This document shows positions 1 to 10,199 of a stretch of 50,363 bases of DNA, piece by piece (position 1 is the first letter of the stretch; each line of letters starts with the position of its first letter). A model generated the notes under the pieces. That model was not told the origin of the DNA and made no database searches. It saw only the letters and a list, made by a program, of their open reading frames with translations. A program made the translations under genes and the position numbers. Where the stretch lies: positions 1-50,363 of IMG/VR virus record IMGVR_UViG_3300025322_000030; one strand, written 5' to 3'. This DNA comes from a virus (taxonomy: Duplodnaviria > Caudoviricetes).

Positions 1-14
1 TCTTAGGCACATTT

Positions 15-140
15 GAATAGAACTATTACAAACCTGTTTGGCCGTAGCAGATTATTCCTCGGTCCTATATTCCAATCCTATCCAAATGTGCCTAAGAGTG
101 CATGTGAAGCTACATATAGAGAAGCTTATGCTCAGTTAGC
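15..140. repeat. 126-bp direct terminal repeat, left copy (assembly circularity overlap)
   Basis: 15-140 is identical to 50238-50363, giving a circle of about 50,223 bp; the PolA reading frame continues across the join. Confidence 0.95.
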
Positions 141-528
141 ACAAAGCTCGTGTGCGGATAAGATGGATGAGCAAGGGATTAATTATATCTATTACAACCA
201 GCATCTATTCAGACCAGTCGAACTACTAACTCAAATACATGATAGAATAGTATTTCAGATTCCTTTATCTATTTCATTTGAGGAACATGCCAAGATGTTA
301 CTCCTGATTAAGAATTCACTTGAGACTTCAATGTACTGGCATGAGACTGAGATTAAGACACCAGCTGATTTGTCAATAGGCTTCAATATGTACAACAAAG
401 ATAACGTGGAGATAAAGAGCAAAGATATTCCAACAAGTGTAACAAAACTAACTGAGAAATTACAGGAGGTGTATATTGGACTTCGGAGAGTATCAAAAAT
501 TAGCCAGGAAAACTGCGTTCTATCCTGA
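16..528 (+). CDS. C-terminal part of the UDG-fused family A DNA polymerase (continues 48205-50363)
   Basis: In frame with the ORF running off the right end; TNLFGRSR, AQSSCAD and motif C QIHDRIVF. Confidence 0.9.
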   Translation, partial: NRTITNLFGRSRLFLGPIFQSYPNVPKSACEATYREAYAQLAQSSCADKMDEQGINYIYYNQHLFRPVELLTQIHDRIVFQIPLSISFEEHAKMLLLIKNSLETSMYWHETEIKTPADLSIGFNMYNKDNVEIKSKDIPTSVTKLTEKLQEVYIGLRRVSKISQENCVLS

Positions 529-808
529 GCGTTATGCAGTTGTATACCCAGCTCTAGGCCTATGTGGAGAGGCAGGAGAAGTAGCAGAGAAAATAAAGAA
601 ACATATAAGAGATGGAATCGACATTGATAATACTCTAAACAAACTAAAGGAGGTACTTTCTAGGGAACTTGGAGATGTGTTATGGTATATATCAAACTTA
701 GCATCAGACTTAGATATCAGCTTAAATTACATAGCTAAGTCCAACATAGACAAATTGAAAGACAGAAAAGTAAGAGATAAACTCAAAGGCTCAGGCGACT
801 ATAGATGA
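476..808 (+). CDS. mazG: MazG-like nucleotide pyrophosphohydrolase
   Basis: LGLCGEAGEVAEKIKK...ELGDVLWY all-alpha NTP-PPase motifs; GGAGGTG RBS before a TTG start. Confidence 0.88.
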   Translation: MDFGEYQKLARKTAFYPERYAVVYPALGLCGEAGEVAEKIKKHIRDGIDIDNTLNKLKEVLSRELGDVLWYISNLASDLDISLNYIAKSNIDKLKDRKVRDKLKGSGDYR

Positions 809-811
809 GAC

Positions 812-2014
812 ATGACACAAAAAGAGAGAAAATTACCAGACTGGTTAGATGGATTCATGGCACTGACAGAGAACTCAGAACCGCCAGTTTTATATAGGAA
901 GTGGGTAGGAATATCTGCAATAGCCTCTGCATTACAAAGGAAAGTTAGAGTTGATCTTGGTATATCACTGACTATGTACCCAAACTTTTATGTGGTCTTA
1001 GTTGGACCACCATCTACAGGTAAGGGTACTGCAATGAAGTATGGAAGTGATATACTGGATCAGATACCTTCCATCAAAATGGCTGCTCAAGCAACTTCAC
1101 TTCAAGCATTAATTCGTAGGATGAAGACTGTCAACTTAACCGACATAGAATTAGATACAGGTCGTCAGATATTTCACTCATCAATGACTATACTAAGCAA
1201 TGAGTTTACGGTATTCTTAGGCTATCACAACAGAGAGCTAATATCATCTCTTTGTGACTGGTTTGACTGTGGAGAAAGATGGGCTTATGATACCATTAAG
1301 AGGGACAGAGAAGAGATAATTGGTGTGTGGGTCAATCTATTAGCTGGCACCACAGCTGACTCACTACGTGAAGCACTACCATCGACTGAAACTGTGAGGG
1401 GGGGACTCACATCTAGAATAATCTTTATAAACGAATATAAGAAGAACAAATTAGTTATATTCCCAACTGTAACACAGGATGAAATAGAACTACAGCAGCA
1501 TCTTATTAGAGATCTTGAGCAAATAGGTCTGATGAGCGGAGTGTTTAAGTATACAGAAGGCGCCATGGACTTCTACACAGACTGGTGTATAGAAGCTGAA
1601 AACAATCCTCCGTTTAGTGATAATAAGTTCGATGGTTACTGTGGTAGGAGACGAAAACACCTAACAGCGCTTGCCATGGTGTGTAGTGCTAGTAGAAGTA
1701 ATAATATGGTACTGACCAGGGATAATTTCGAGAGGGCAGCTCATTTGCTTGGTGAGGCCGAGGTAAGAATGGGAACTGTGTTTAGAGGGATTGGCAAATC
1801 TGACATAGCATCACTTATAAATGATGCAATAGTGTTTCTGCAGAACTCAGCAGTACCTGACATTCCACTGTTTCAATTTGCTAGAAGATTTGAAGGAGAT
1901 GTTGACAAGATAGTTATGGACAGGATATTAACTACACTTGAAAGCATGAAGTACATCCAAGTTATCAGAAGACCTGGGACTGAAAGTGTTATTCATGTAC
2001 TTGGTAAGAAATAA
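812..2014 (+). CDS. DUF3987/YfjI-like P-loop NTPase, probable replicative helicase
   Basis: Walker A GPPSTGKG, Walker B-like ILSNEF, GGLTSRIIF; follows polA-mazG. Confidence 0.7.
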   Translation: MTQKERKLPDWLDGFMALTENSEPPVLYRKWVGISAIASALQRKVRVDLGISLTMYPNFYVVLVGPPSTGKGTAMKYGSDILDQIPSIKMAAQATSLQALIRRMKTVNLTDIELDTGRQIFHSSMTILSNEFTVFLGYHNRELISSLCDWFDCGERWAYDTIKRDREEIIGVWVNLLAGTTADSLREALPSTETVRGGLTSRIIFINEYKKNKLVIFPTVTQDEIELQQHLIRDLEQIGLMSGVFKYTEGAMDFYTDWCIEAENNPPFSDNKFDGYCGRRRKHLTALAMVCSASRSNNMVLTRDNFERAAHLLGEAEVRMGTVFRGIGKSDIASLINDAIVFLQNSAVPDIPLFQFARRFEGDVDKIVMDRILTTLESMKYIQVIRRPGTESVIHVLGKK

Positions 2015-2038
2015 GTTCAATCCAAAATTTATCGAACT
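2014..2038. promoter_or_regulatory. 25-bp palindrome copy 1, at the convergence of the two genome arms
   Basis: AGTTCAATCC-AAAAT-TTATCGAACT. Confidence 0.85.
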
Positions 2039-5000
2039 TGTTCCTGCTCAGCTCTAAGCCGCTCAACTTCCCTGAAAAATTCAGGCCCTGCATAACCTCT
2101 TGCTCCAAGCACTACCGAAAGCTGTCTAGATAAGCTTTCCTTCTGCGCTTCAGTCTTGGCACGATCAAGCCTATCCAAATAATCCCTAGCTTTAGCCTCT
2201 GCAGGTTGGCTCCACATTCTGACCCAGGTAGCTCTGTTAGGTAAGTCCTTAATCTTGCTTATGAACTCAGCCCTACCAATCAATCTTTCCTGCTCAGCAA
2301 GTGTTGGAACCTTCTTCTTGTCATTAAGATGCTCCATAAGCTTGTCATTTGCACCCTTGACTCCGTACCAATAGTGAGCCTTTGAATAATAATCTATACT
2401 TCCTGAGTTTACAAAGTCGTTAAATTTAGTATCTTCAAGTATCTCACCTTGCTTCTCCATTATATCAGTGCCTGATTTGACTACTCTGATAAATCTTTTA
2501 ATTCCTGGCACCTTGGACAATATAAGTGCTAGGTGCTCCTCTTGCATTTCCTTCGGTATGTCACCAAAGGCTTCATCATAGCCAGCTCCAACTGCGTAAG
2601 TCCAGATATTGTCACCTAGAAGTGACCTCTTAACAGCCTCTAGTCTATCAGGTGATAGCTTAGTGACCTGACCTACATCTATTGCCATCTCAGACGTCCT
2701 ACCCTTAGTAAATTCCTCAGCACTCTTTGGCCAGCTAAATGTTTCTGGAGTTATATGTTTCCTTGTCCAGAAATCTATGTTAAGCATATACTCAAAGGCA
2801 GCTCTTTGCGCTGGAGGCAGTGACATAATATCGGGAGCTGCTTTAGTCAGCGATCCAAGTATTGCCTGGTAGTCTGGAGGTCTATCTATAACTCCAGTCT
2901 CATACATAAACTTCTGCGTCAGTCCCCTGAACAAGTTCTTGAAGAAAGCAGCTCCAGAATCAAGGGGGATGGTAAGAGCTAGCCCATTCTCCTGGCCAGC
3001 ACTATCTATGAATCTGAAGCTGTCAGGAAAAGGTATGACCAGGTTATTATCCTCCAAGTACTCAGGTATGTCATCACTAGTTTCTGGCGAATAAAGTTTG
3101 CTGGCAGCTACAACTAAAACAGTTGGTATTCCAACAGTCTGAACAACTCTAGCAATAGCCTGCTGAGGATTTTCGATCATAGATCTGCCAAACGATCTAA
3201 TGGCCTGGACTCCTGCACTAAGATAGATCAATCCAAGCTTGTCCAACATCTTTGTGAACCATCCACCTTGCTGGAAGTCAAGATAGTCCCTAGCAACAAA
3301 CACAGCCTCATCCATAACATCGTTGTTCTTTCTAGCTTCCTTAACACTAATACCAGCCTCAGCTGCTCTTTGTCTAACGACTCTCTCAGCAATTGCCATC
3401 CTAGTCCACATCTCAAGTGATTCAGATGCATACATAAAGAAGTTCTCAAGTGGAGCAAATCTTCCTGGGAGCTTATATCCAGTAACACTTGTTCTAGCTT
3501 GCGTAGAAAGGAATGGCATAAGCAGTCCACGTTCTGCAGCTCTCATATATTTCTCACGTTCTCCTGACTTATAATTTCTAAGAAATGTATCATAGAATGT
3601 ACTCTTAAAGTCTCTCCCTAGCTGCATGAAAAACACTGGAGGATGTGAACTATATATCTGCCCAAATTCTCCCTTCTTATATCTGCCAGCAGTTTGATGT
3701 GCGTGCATTATGTCTCTAGGCAAGTTAACAAACAGTGACCAGAGTGGAGCTGCACCAGTTAACATGGCCTTTGTTATTGGAGCTAAGGTTATATAATTAG
3801 CCCACCTAATAGCCCTTGGAGATATATCCTTACCAGCTGCTTCCAAGCCTCTTGCGAACTGAGAATCAAGATATAGAGTCTTTCTCTGTCCTCCAACTCT
3901 ATAGTTAAACTTTGTCCATAGCCTAGCATCAACAATCGGATCTTGGTCAGGATGAGCATCTTTCTTAGTAAGCTTAACTATAGAATTCTTAGGATTCCTA
4001 TAAGCCATGTCAGCTAGTTCAACAAAAGTCCTATTTCTAAAAGCCTGACCATATACTCTGTTGAATATCTCCAGGGCAACAAGTCTCTGATCGGTCTCAA
4101 GAATATCTGTCAGCCTACCTTTCTGAAGTGACTCTATTCCGGAGCTATTGACTGATCTAGCTCTACCACCTATAGTTACAGTCTCCTTCTCATCATATAG
4201 CAGTTCAATAGGAACTCCTTCACCTTTCTCCAATCTCTGCCCAATTCCTCTAAACTTAGCATAGTCATGCTTCCTAAGTCCATCAGCCATTTCACTACTG
4301 ATAATACCTTCCTGTTCCCTAACATCAACAAGTTTCTTCATCCATTCAAAGTATGCATCCCTTCTACGGATCATCCCAAGATCTTCACCTGGCTTTAAGT
4401 CCTCAAGTACACCAAACAAAGCTTCGTAAGTAGCTGAATTAGCTGGTGATTGACCTTCTGGAAACTTAACTCCAGCCTTATAGCTAGCTATGTCAGTAAC
4501 TCTTTTACCTCTAGTCAGTTTATTAAGAACACTAACTCCATTATTACTAAGTCCTCCAAACACTTCCTTATCAAACTGCATAAACATCTTCTGTCCATAA
4601 GCATGTCCACCAGATTCATTAATCATTTTCCATAGAACTCTGGTAGACTGTTCATCTAACTCACCAGCCTTTATGCCTTCAACTAGTGCTTTTCTAGCTC
4701 TGTGCTTGGTGTCCCAGATGCCCTCAGCAATTAGTTTCTTGCGCTCACCTAATGTCAGTTTCTTAGCTTCCTTAGACGCAGCCTCATCACGCTCAAATGC
4801 TTCCTTATAATCAAGGGCTTTCTCAACAACAGCTCTTTGCTCAGTGGTTAGTTTACCGAGGTCCGACCTTGTAACTTTCTGTGTTTTGCTTCTAGATAAT
4901 ATCTTCCTAACGACTTCAGCAGTTTTATCAAATGGAAAGCCAGCATATAACTTAGTGCCACTTTCATCATATACACTTCTTACCTTCAAAGGCTTATTCG

Positions 5001-8000
5001 ATACAATATCTCCCTCCTTAATCTCACCAGTGTATTCCACTTCTAATACGTAAGGCTTTGCAGATCTATTCGCATCATATATGACCTTAGCCTTTAGAGC
5101 AACACCAGAGGGATTTTTGTCAAGCGCTCCTAATGCAATAAGAGCATTATCATAGGCCTCTCCAGCAAATTTAGCATACTCTACAGCATCACCAAAATCT
5201 CTAGCCACAAATATTAGCTCATCCTTAAACGGTCTGCCTTCACCAGCCAATGACAATTTGAAATACTCATGATCGTATATTCTATCTTTAGCCCTATCTC
5301 TGGTAATACCAGTTAGATTAAGTTTATCTAATACATCTACAATTATCTGCTCAAGAGACCTTGGTTTTAGATATCCACCAACTATATTCTCTGGTTTAAC
5401 GTACTTAGAACTAGTTCCATGAAACACAGTGCGTAACTTATTTTTCCTTGTATCAGGAGGAAGTTCACTCATAGACTTAGCACCAGATTCAAAGTGGACT
5501 ATCACATGCTCACTTTTGAATTCCTCAGATGTTAGTGGTGGTATCTCTCTCCTCTCAGCCTCAGTTAATCTAACTCTAGCACCTACATCTCTAGCTTCTA
5601 TTTCACCTGCTAACATAGAGTAAGCATAGTAATTTAAACTTCCAGCATCTTTAATTATACCTCTAAGTACAGATTCTTCTTTATTAGTTAATATTTTATT
5701 TATTAGATCTAATTTACTTTCTATAGAGGATCTAACACGTCCTGCTTCTTCACTTATCCTAGCTATATCACCAAGATAAACTGTTACGGTACTTGATGCA
5801 AAAAAGTCATCAACTCCCAACAACTCATGAATCTCCTTTGCAACTAAATAATTATCATTCATTAGCTTACGAACTGTCTTTTGATCCTGAGAGGCAGCAG
5901 CAATAGAATTGAATAGTTCTCTGTCCTTCCTGATCAAGTCATCAAGCCTACTTGACTTACCAGGATCTGATCTAACCTCAGATAATAGTCTAATAATCTC
6001 GTTTAGCTTTCCAAATCTATACTTTTCAGTATCTATGATTTTGCCAGTCTCAGCCACCAATTTGTCTGCCAAGTCTACAATAATATCACCTTTGGCACTA
6101 TCTATAGCTTTACTGACAGTACCACCAGTAGCAAATCCTGACTTGAACTGTATATAATGCTGTAGCTCATGAACGACTGTGTTTAGCTTATCTTCAGCAT
6201 ATGGAGTTACAGTGAGTGTGTTAGTAACGTCATCATACCTGCCTTGTATCTGTTTAAGTAGGTCTGCTAGTATAGGAGGTCTCTCAATTCTGAATTTTAT
6301 ATCAGCAGCCTCAGGATGTGCCCTGAACAGATCTGGATAATCTATAAGATCACCTACTCTTATCTCATTTATAATACCTTTACTGGGAACAGTTTCAACT
6401 ATACTCTCAAGTGAAGTGTTGAACTTAAGCTTACTATCATCAATCTCAAATCTCCATTTACTATCATGAGGATTGAAGAAGAATCCAGTTCTTCTCCATA
6501 TACGATCAGCAGTAGTCTTTGACTCTGGAATGATCTTCCTTATACTTTCAAACAACTCTCTAACAATAGCAGGAGCCTTGGTTGGGTCTATAAACAGATT
6601 CAAGTTGCCCATTATATCTCGTGTGGCAGATTGATCAAATTTGGGCCGATCTGCTTTGCGAGCCCAGTCCGCAGCTTCTGATACAGATTCCTTCCATTGG
6701 TAGAATGATTCTGGATAACCCTCACCAACAAAGTGATATTTAAACTCATCAGCTCTAGCAGCTAACTCACTGAGGAAATCCCTAGTACCAATAATATCTA
6801 TCTTCTCACCATCTAACCACCTATTTACATCATTAACTAATTTCCAATAAGTAACTCCAGGGTCAGGAATCGGCCTGTCAGGTAACTGATTTAGCAAGTC
6901 ATCGACGCTGGTAGCTACAGACTTACTCTTTTCATACACAAGTTTCCTAGCAGCTGTCACATCTGACGTTTGCCGAAGTGGAGAGTTATCATCTGTTAAC
7001 TCAGGAAGTCTTGGAGCCTTAGTTTGTACATCAACTTCAGTAAGTGGCTCTTGTTCGGGTACCTTCTCCTCAAGCCCATAGAACTTATCTATCTCAGCTT
7101 CGGTCAATTCCTCAGCTTTTTTGCCGTAGAATTTTTCTATATCTGATTCAGCAGGTTCAACAACTTTTGGTTCGACCTTTGGTAGCTCAACCTTCGGAGC
7201 CTCACCCTCCAAAAATTTAGCTATATCTTGACTAGGTATGTCCTCAAAGTTTTTGCCAAAATATTTTTCAATCTCATTTATCTGCTTACTAGTAACAAGT
7301 ATTTCAGGCTCTACTGATACAGTTGGTTTTATCTCTGGTGCAGCAGGAAGTGCTTCTGGTTTTGCAGGCTCAGCCGTTGGTTCTGGTTCCACAACTTTAA
7401 CAGGTTCCTCAATCACTCCTCTTTTTCTAACAGCCTCTTTAGCAAGCTCAGTCATTCTCTTCTGAGCTTCTGTAGGTTCCTCAATTCCCTTAAAGGGCCC
7501 CTTAGCTAATGTCTCAGGCTTTTCAGGTTCAGTCTTTGGAGGAAGCTTAGCTTCTTCCTTAGCTTCAATGATCTTTCTAGTTTCAGCAATAAGCTCTTTC
7601 TTGGTAGGTCTCTTAGGCCTTGGCTGAGTCTGCTTAACATCCTTAAGTTCTTTACTCTTAACTTCTGTTTCCTGCTTAGATGCAATTGCATTCTCAGCAT
7701 CTTCAACAGCTTCCTTAGCTTTTAACTCATTTTCAATTCTCTGAGCTTTCAGTACTTCAATTTGAGCCTGTTTGATAGCTTCATCAGGTATTGTATTTAT
7801 CAGATCTTCTTTTTGCTTAATCTCAGCTCTTTTTAGAGTGACATCCTCTATGTCTTTAGTAAGCTTTCTAACCCTTCTGGCTGGCAAACCTCTCCATAAG
7901 AATAAGGCATCAAGACCTAAATCAAATATCACCTCTCCAACATCTCTATTAGTAAACTGATCAGGTCCAAGCTCAACAGCTCGTTGAGCGTTGAGACCTA

Positions 8001-8928
8001 TCATACCAGTGATAAGTCTAGCCCCAAGCTCAACTCCATTACCAGGAAATAGTCCTTTAGCCAAGCCAAATATAGTACCAGTTATTGCTCCACTTACTAT
8101 CCCTTCACCTATTCTACTAGCAGCTCCTGCAAATGTAGTTTCCTTGGCAGCTTCTCCAAGTGAAGCTAGACCAACTGCCGGACCGAGAACTATGGAATCA
8201 CGAAGAGCTGATTTAAGGATTCTAGCAGATAGTTTGTCACCTCTATAAACCCTAAAGAACTTCTCAATTTCTGCAGCTCTACGTTTAGGTAATTGCTTCA
8301 GCAGCGAAGCTCCAGACCTACTTACAATAGATACTGGTCCACCAGGAGTCAAGAAGCCAGCCAGATGACCAAGCCCATAACCTACATAGCCAGTAACGCT
8401 AGTTGGTGGAGGAGGCTTCTCACCAGTTATTGTCTCGACTGTAGCAGGTACCAACCCGGACAGATATGTGGAGAGAAATCCACTAGCTGCTTGCTCTACT
8501 AATTCAGGTGATCGCCTAAATTCATGAAGTGGTTTATTAGCTTCCCTTGCCATCCTTTCAACTACTGCCTGAGCCTTAGCATCTTCAGACAGCTGACCTA
8601 CGACATCGCCTAATCCAAGAACTCTAAGTGCACGCTCTATGTAGTTATATTCTGGTCTAGCGGCTGATATATGGCGCTCACCAGGGACCTTTGGAAGTCC
8701 TCTTGAGACCTCGGTAGATACTGGAGCAGCTGGCTCGTCATAGAACGGGACTCCAGTTAGGAAACCTAACGGAGCACCAAATTCAGGAGCTCTCTTAGGT
8801 TCAGGTAATGCAGGTTCTATAGTAGGAGTTGGCTCTAACAGACTCAATCCTGATATAGGACCTCTCAAATCCTGCTTAGATTTCTGCTGTTCATCTAGGA
8901 GATCAAGCCCTGATTTATCTAACGGCAT
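2029..8928 (-). CDS. Large polyvalent / internal virion (ejection) protein with LPD23-like region, zincin metallopeptidase, ART-like domain and LPD38-like C-terminus
   Basis: ~2300 aa; IWRRTGFF..DSKWRFEIDD, VHELQH (HExxH), YSMLAGEIEARDV, VFHGTS..IFVA..AVEYA; last gene of the late arm; start moved to ATG 8928 after AAGGAG. Confidence 0.75.
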   Translation of the reverse strand: MPLDKSGLDLLDEQQKSKQDLRGPISGLSLLEPTPTIEPALPEPKRAPEFGAPLGFLTGVPFYDEPAAPVSTEVSRGLPKVPGERHISAARPEYNYIERALRVLGLGDVVGQLSEDAKAQAVVERMAREANKPLHEFRRSPELVEQAASGFLSTYLSGLVPATVETITGEKPPPPTSVTGYVGYGLGHLAGFLTPGGPVSIVSRSGASLLKQLPKRRAAEIEKFFRVYRGDKLSARILKSALRDSIVLGPAVGLASLGEAAKETTFAGAASRIGEGIVSGAITGTIFGLAKGLFPGNGVELGARLITGMIGLNAQRAVELGPDQFTNRDVGEVIFDLGLDALFLWRGLPARRVRKLTKDIEDVTLKRAEIKQKEDLINTIPDEAIKQAQIEVLKAQRIENELKAKEAVEDAENAIASKQETEVKSKELKDVKQTQPRPKRPTKKELIAETRKIIEAKEEAKLPPKTEPEKPETLAKGPFKGIEEPTEAQKRMTELAKEAVRKRGVIEEPVKVVEPEPTAEPAKPEALPAAPEIKPTVSVEPEILVTSKQINEIEKYFGKNFEDIPSQDIAKFLEGEAPKVELPKVEPKVVEPAESDIEKFYGKKAEELTEAEIDKFYGLEEKVPEQEPLTEVDVQTKAPRLPELTDDNSPLRQTSDVTAARKLVYEKSKSVATSVDDLLNQLPDRPIPDPGVTYWKLVNDVNRWLDGEKIDIIGTRDFLSELAARADEFKYHFVGEGYPESFYQWKESVSEAADWARKADRPKFDQSATRDIMGNLNLFIDPTKAPAIVRELFESIRKIIPESKTTADRIWRRTGFFFNPHDSKWRFEIDDSKLKFNTSLESIVETVPSKGIINEIRVGDLIDYPDLFRAHPEAADIKFRIERPPILADLLKQIQGRYDDVTNTLTVTPYAEDKLNTVVHELQHYIQFKSGFATGGTVSKAIDSAKGDIIVDLADKLVAETGKIIDTEKYRFGKLNEIIRLLSEVRSDPGKSSRLDDLIRKDRELFNSIAAASQDQKTVRKLMNDNYLVAKEIHELLGVDDFFASSTVTVYLGDIARISEEAGRVRSSIESKLDLINKILTNKEESVLRGIIKDAGSLNYYAYSMLAGEIEARDVGARVRLTEAERREIPPLTSEEFKSEHVIVHFESGAKSMSELPPDTRKNKLRTVFHGTSSKYVKPENIVGGYLKPRSLEQIIVDVLDKLNLTGITRDRAKDRIYDHEYFKLSLAGEGRPFKDELIFVARDFGDAVEYAKFAGEAYDNALIALGALDKNPSGVALKAKVIYDANRSAKPYVLEVEYTGEIKEGDIVSNKPLKVRSVYDESGTKLYAGFPFDKTAEVVRKILSRSKTQKVTRSDLGKLTTEQRAVVEKALDYKEAFERDEAASKEAKKLTLGERKKLIAEGIWDTKHRARKALVEGIKAGELDEQSTRVLWKMINESGGHAYGQKMFMQFDKEVFGGLSNNGVSVLNKLTRGKRVTDIASYKAGVKFPEGQSPANSATYEALFGVLEDLKPGEDLGMIRRRDAYFEWMKKLVDVREQEGIISSEMADGLRKHDYAKFRGIGQRLEKGEGVPIELLYDEKETVTIGGRARSVNSSGIESLQKGRLTDILETDQRLVALEIFNRVYGQAFRNRTFVELADMAYRNPKNSIVKLTKKDAHPDQDPIVDARLWTKFNYRVGGQRKTLYLDSQFARGLEAAGKDISPRAIRWANYITLAPITKAMLTGAAPLWSLFVNLPRDIMHAHQTAGRYKKGEFGQIYSSHPPVFFMQLGRDFKSTFYDTFLRNYKSGEREKYMRAAERGLLMPFLSTQARTSVTGYKLPGRFAPLENFFMYASESLEMWTRMAIAERVVRQRAAEAGISVKEARKNNDVMDEAVFVARDYLDFQQGGWFTKMLDKLGLIYLSAGVQAIRSFGRSMIENPQQAIARVVQTVGIPTVLVVAASKLYSPETSDDIPEYLEDNNLVIPFPDSFRFIDSAGQENGLALTIPLDSGAAFFKNLFRGLTQKFMYETGVIDRPPDYQAILGSLTKAAPDIMSLPPAQRAAFEYMLNIDFWTRKHITPETFSWPKSAEEFTKGRTSEMAIDVGQVTKLSPDRLEAVKRSLLGDNIWTYAVGAGYDEAFGDIPKEMQEEHLALILSKVPGIKRFIRVVKSGTDIMEKQGEILEDTKFNDFVNSGSIDYYSKAHYWYGVKGANDKLMEHLNDKKKVPTLAEQERLIGRAEFISKIKDLPNRATWVRMWSQPAEAKARDYLDRLDRAKTEAQKESLSRQLSVVLGARGYAGPEFFREVERLRAEQEQVR
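6628..6652. promoter_or_regulatory. 25-bp palindrome copy 2 (intragenic, at a domain boundary)
   Basis: AGATTGATCA-AATTT-GGGCCGATCT. Confidence 0.7.
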
Positions 8929-10159
8929 GTCTGATAGTCTCCTTGTCACCAGAAGGCCATTCAACTGACCAAACCATAGTCCTTCCATCCTTGTCGAACT
9001 TAACTCCCTCAGGATTGTCTGTGCTAGGTACTATCTTGCCGCCCCCAGCAGCTATTTTCGATTCTATATAGCCAACTATAGCCTTCGATTTTGCTAGTTT
9101 ATCATTGGATAGGAATAGAGATGGTCCTATACTCTCTATATATCTATTTACATCATCAACCCATCTTGGATTTTTGAAGTAGAATTGGCCCTCAAGATCA
9201 GCAAAGGCCTTTTTCTCTTCAATTTTCTCAGCTGTAGTAATTTTAATGGCCTTAGATTTATGCTGCTCAGTTAACCATTTATCAAATGACTTTCCAGTAC
9301 CCTCCCTTCCTCCAGCGAGATTATAGTTTTCCCAGTCAGTCGTAGTCAGTGGATTCGAGAATTCCTGGAACGATCCCTTAAATTCACCACCTTCTTTAGA
9401 CTTAGCAAACTGGAAGTTTTTAATAGCCTCAGTGCGCTCATCTTCAGTTTTAGTGGTAAGTAGTTTAACAACTTCTTCCCTGGTAAGACCAATGTCTGTC
9501 CCAGGAAGAGTCATTATAGGCTTACCCTCTTCAACTCTAGCCTTAGACTCAATAGCCCTCTGTAACGACTCATCAGTGAGAGCTCTTCTGTAAGGAAGTT
9601 CAGCTTCAAACTCCTCAGACTTCATAATTAAGTTAGCAACGTCAATAAGCCTACGTTGCCCAAGATCAGTAATACCAGCTCTTAGCTGCAGCGCCGATGA
9701 AATCATTTCAGGAGTTAAGCCAGCCAAATCCGACGCTGAGAGATCTAGCTGGCTAGAACCGAAAGGGTTGAATGCCCCAAGAATTTCAGCAAGACCTGAA
9801 AGTCTGCTTGTTGATCCAGCTGGCTGAGCAGCTGGAGCCGCAGCTCCAACCTCTTGCATAGATTGAAACCCAGGCTGGAAGTCAGGTCCTAGATCTGGAG
9901 CTGTCCCAGTCTCCTTAGGCACCTGGATTTTCAATCCTTTATCATCCATAGTGATCTTGCTACCAGCAGTAGCCTTGTTACCCTTTAGCAGTTCTACAAA
10001 GTTCTGGGCAGCAATGAGATTCTTGGTGGCAGAACTTAGCTCACCAGTCTTCCCTCCAGTCGCTATATCACGACCTCCAGCTGCTAGGAACTGTAAGAAT
10101 AACTTGTTCTTAAACAAGTTACTCAGACCAGCTCCGAGCCCTCCTTCTCCGTTTGCCAT
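8915..10159 (-). CDS. Putative internal virion/ejection protein
   Basis: Gly/Ala-rich N-terminus, helical; directly before the giant protein as in podoviruses; GGAGG RBS before ATG 10159. Confidence 0.55.
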   Translation of the reverse strand: MANGEGGLGAGLSNLFKNKLFLQFLAAGGRDIATGGKTGELSSATKNLIAAQNFVELLKGNKATAGSKITMDDKGLKIQVPKETGTAPDLGPDFQPGFQSMQEVGAAAPAAQPAGSTSRLSGLAEILGAFNPFGSSQLDLSASDLAGLTPEMISSALQLRAGITDLGQRRLIDVANLIMKSEEFEAELPYRRALTDESLQRAIESKARVEEGKPIMTLPGTDIGLTREEVVKLLTTKTEDERTEAIKNFQFAKSKEGGEFKGSFQEFSNPLTTTDWENYNLAGGREGTGKSFDKWLTEQHKSKAIKITTAEKIEEKKAFADLEGQFYFKNPRWVDDVNRYIESIGPSLFLSNDKLAKSKAIVGYIESKIAAGGGKIVPSTDNPEGVKFDKDGRTMVWSVEWPSGDKETIRHAVR

Positions 10160-10174
10160 CTTAACCTCCAAATG

Positions 10175-10199
10175 AGATTGATCAATTTTGAATTAAACT
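10175..10199. promoter_or_regulatory. 25-bp palindrome copy 3 (intergenic)
   Basis: AGATTGATCA-ATTTT-GAATTAAACT. Confidence 0.8.

Noticed and set aside
1-20. The first bases are the reverse complement of 78-97 (19/20), suggesting a hairpin end and giving ORF 13-528 a TTG start
   Set aside because: The right-hand repeat copy has a different upstream sequence that keeps polA intact; most likely a fold-back chimera or assembly artefact, so 13-528 is not a separate gene
15-140. Terminal repeat as a biological DTR
   Set aside because: It falls in the middle of polA and has a k-mer-like length, so it is best read as assembly overlap
7154-7178. GGTTCAACAA-CTTTT-GGTTCGACCT, a possible extra palindrome copy
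   Set aside because: Several mismatches and a C in the spacer; explained by the KVEPKVVEP coding repeat
3228-8502. Many short ORFs overlapping the giant gene, and similar shadows over portal, terL, MCP and polA (e.g. 49721-49927)
   Set aside because: They lie on or opposite long motif-supported genes and show no recognisable motifs
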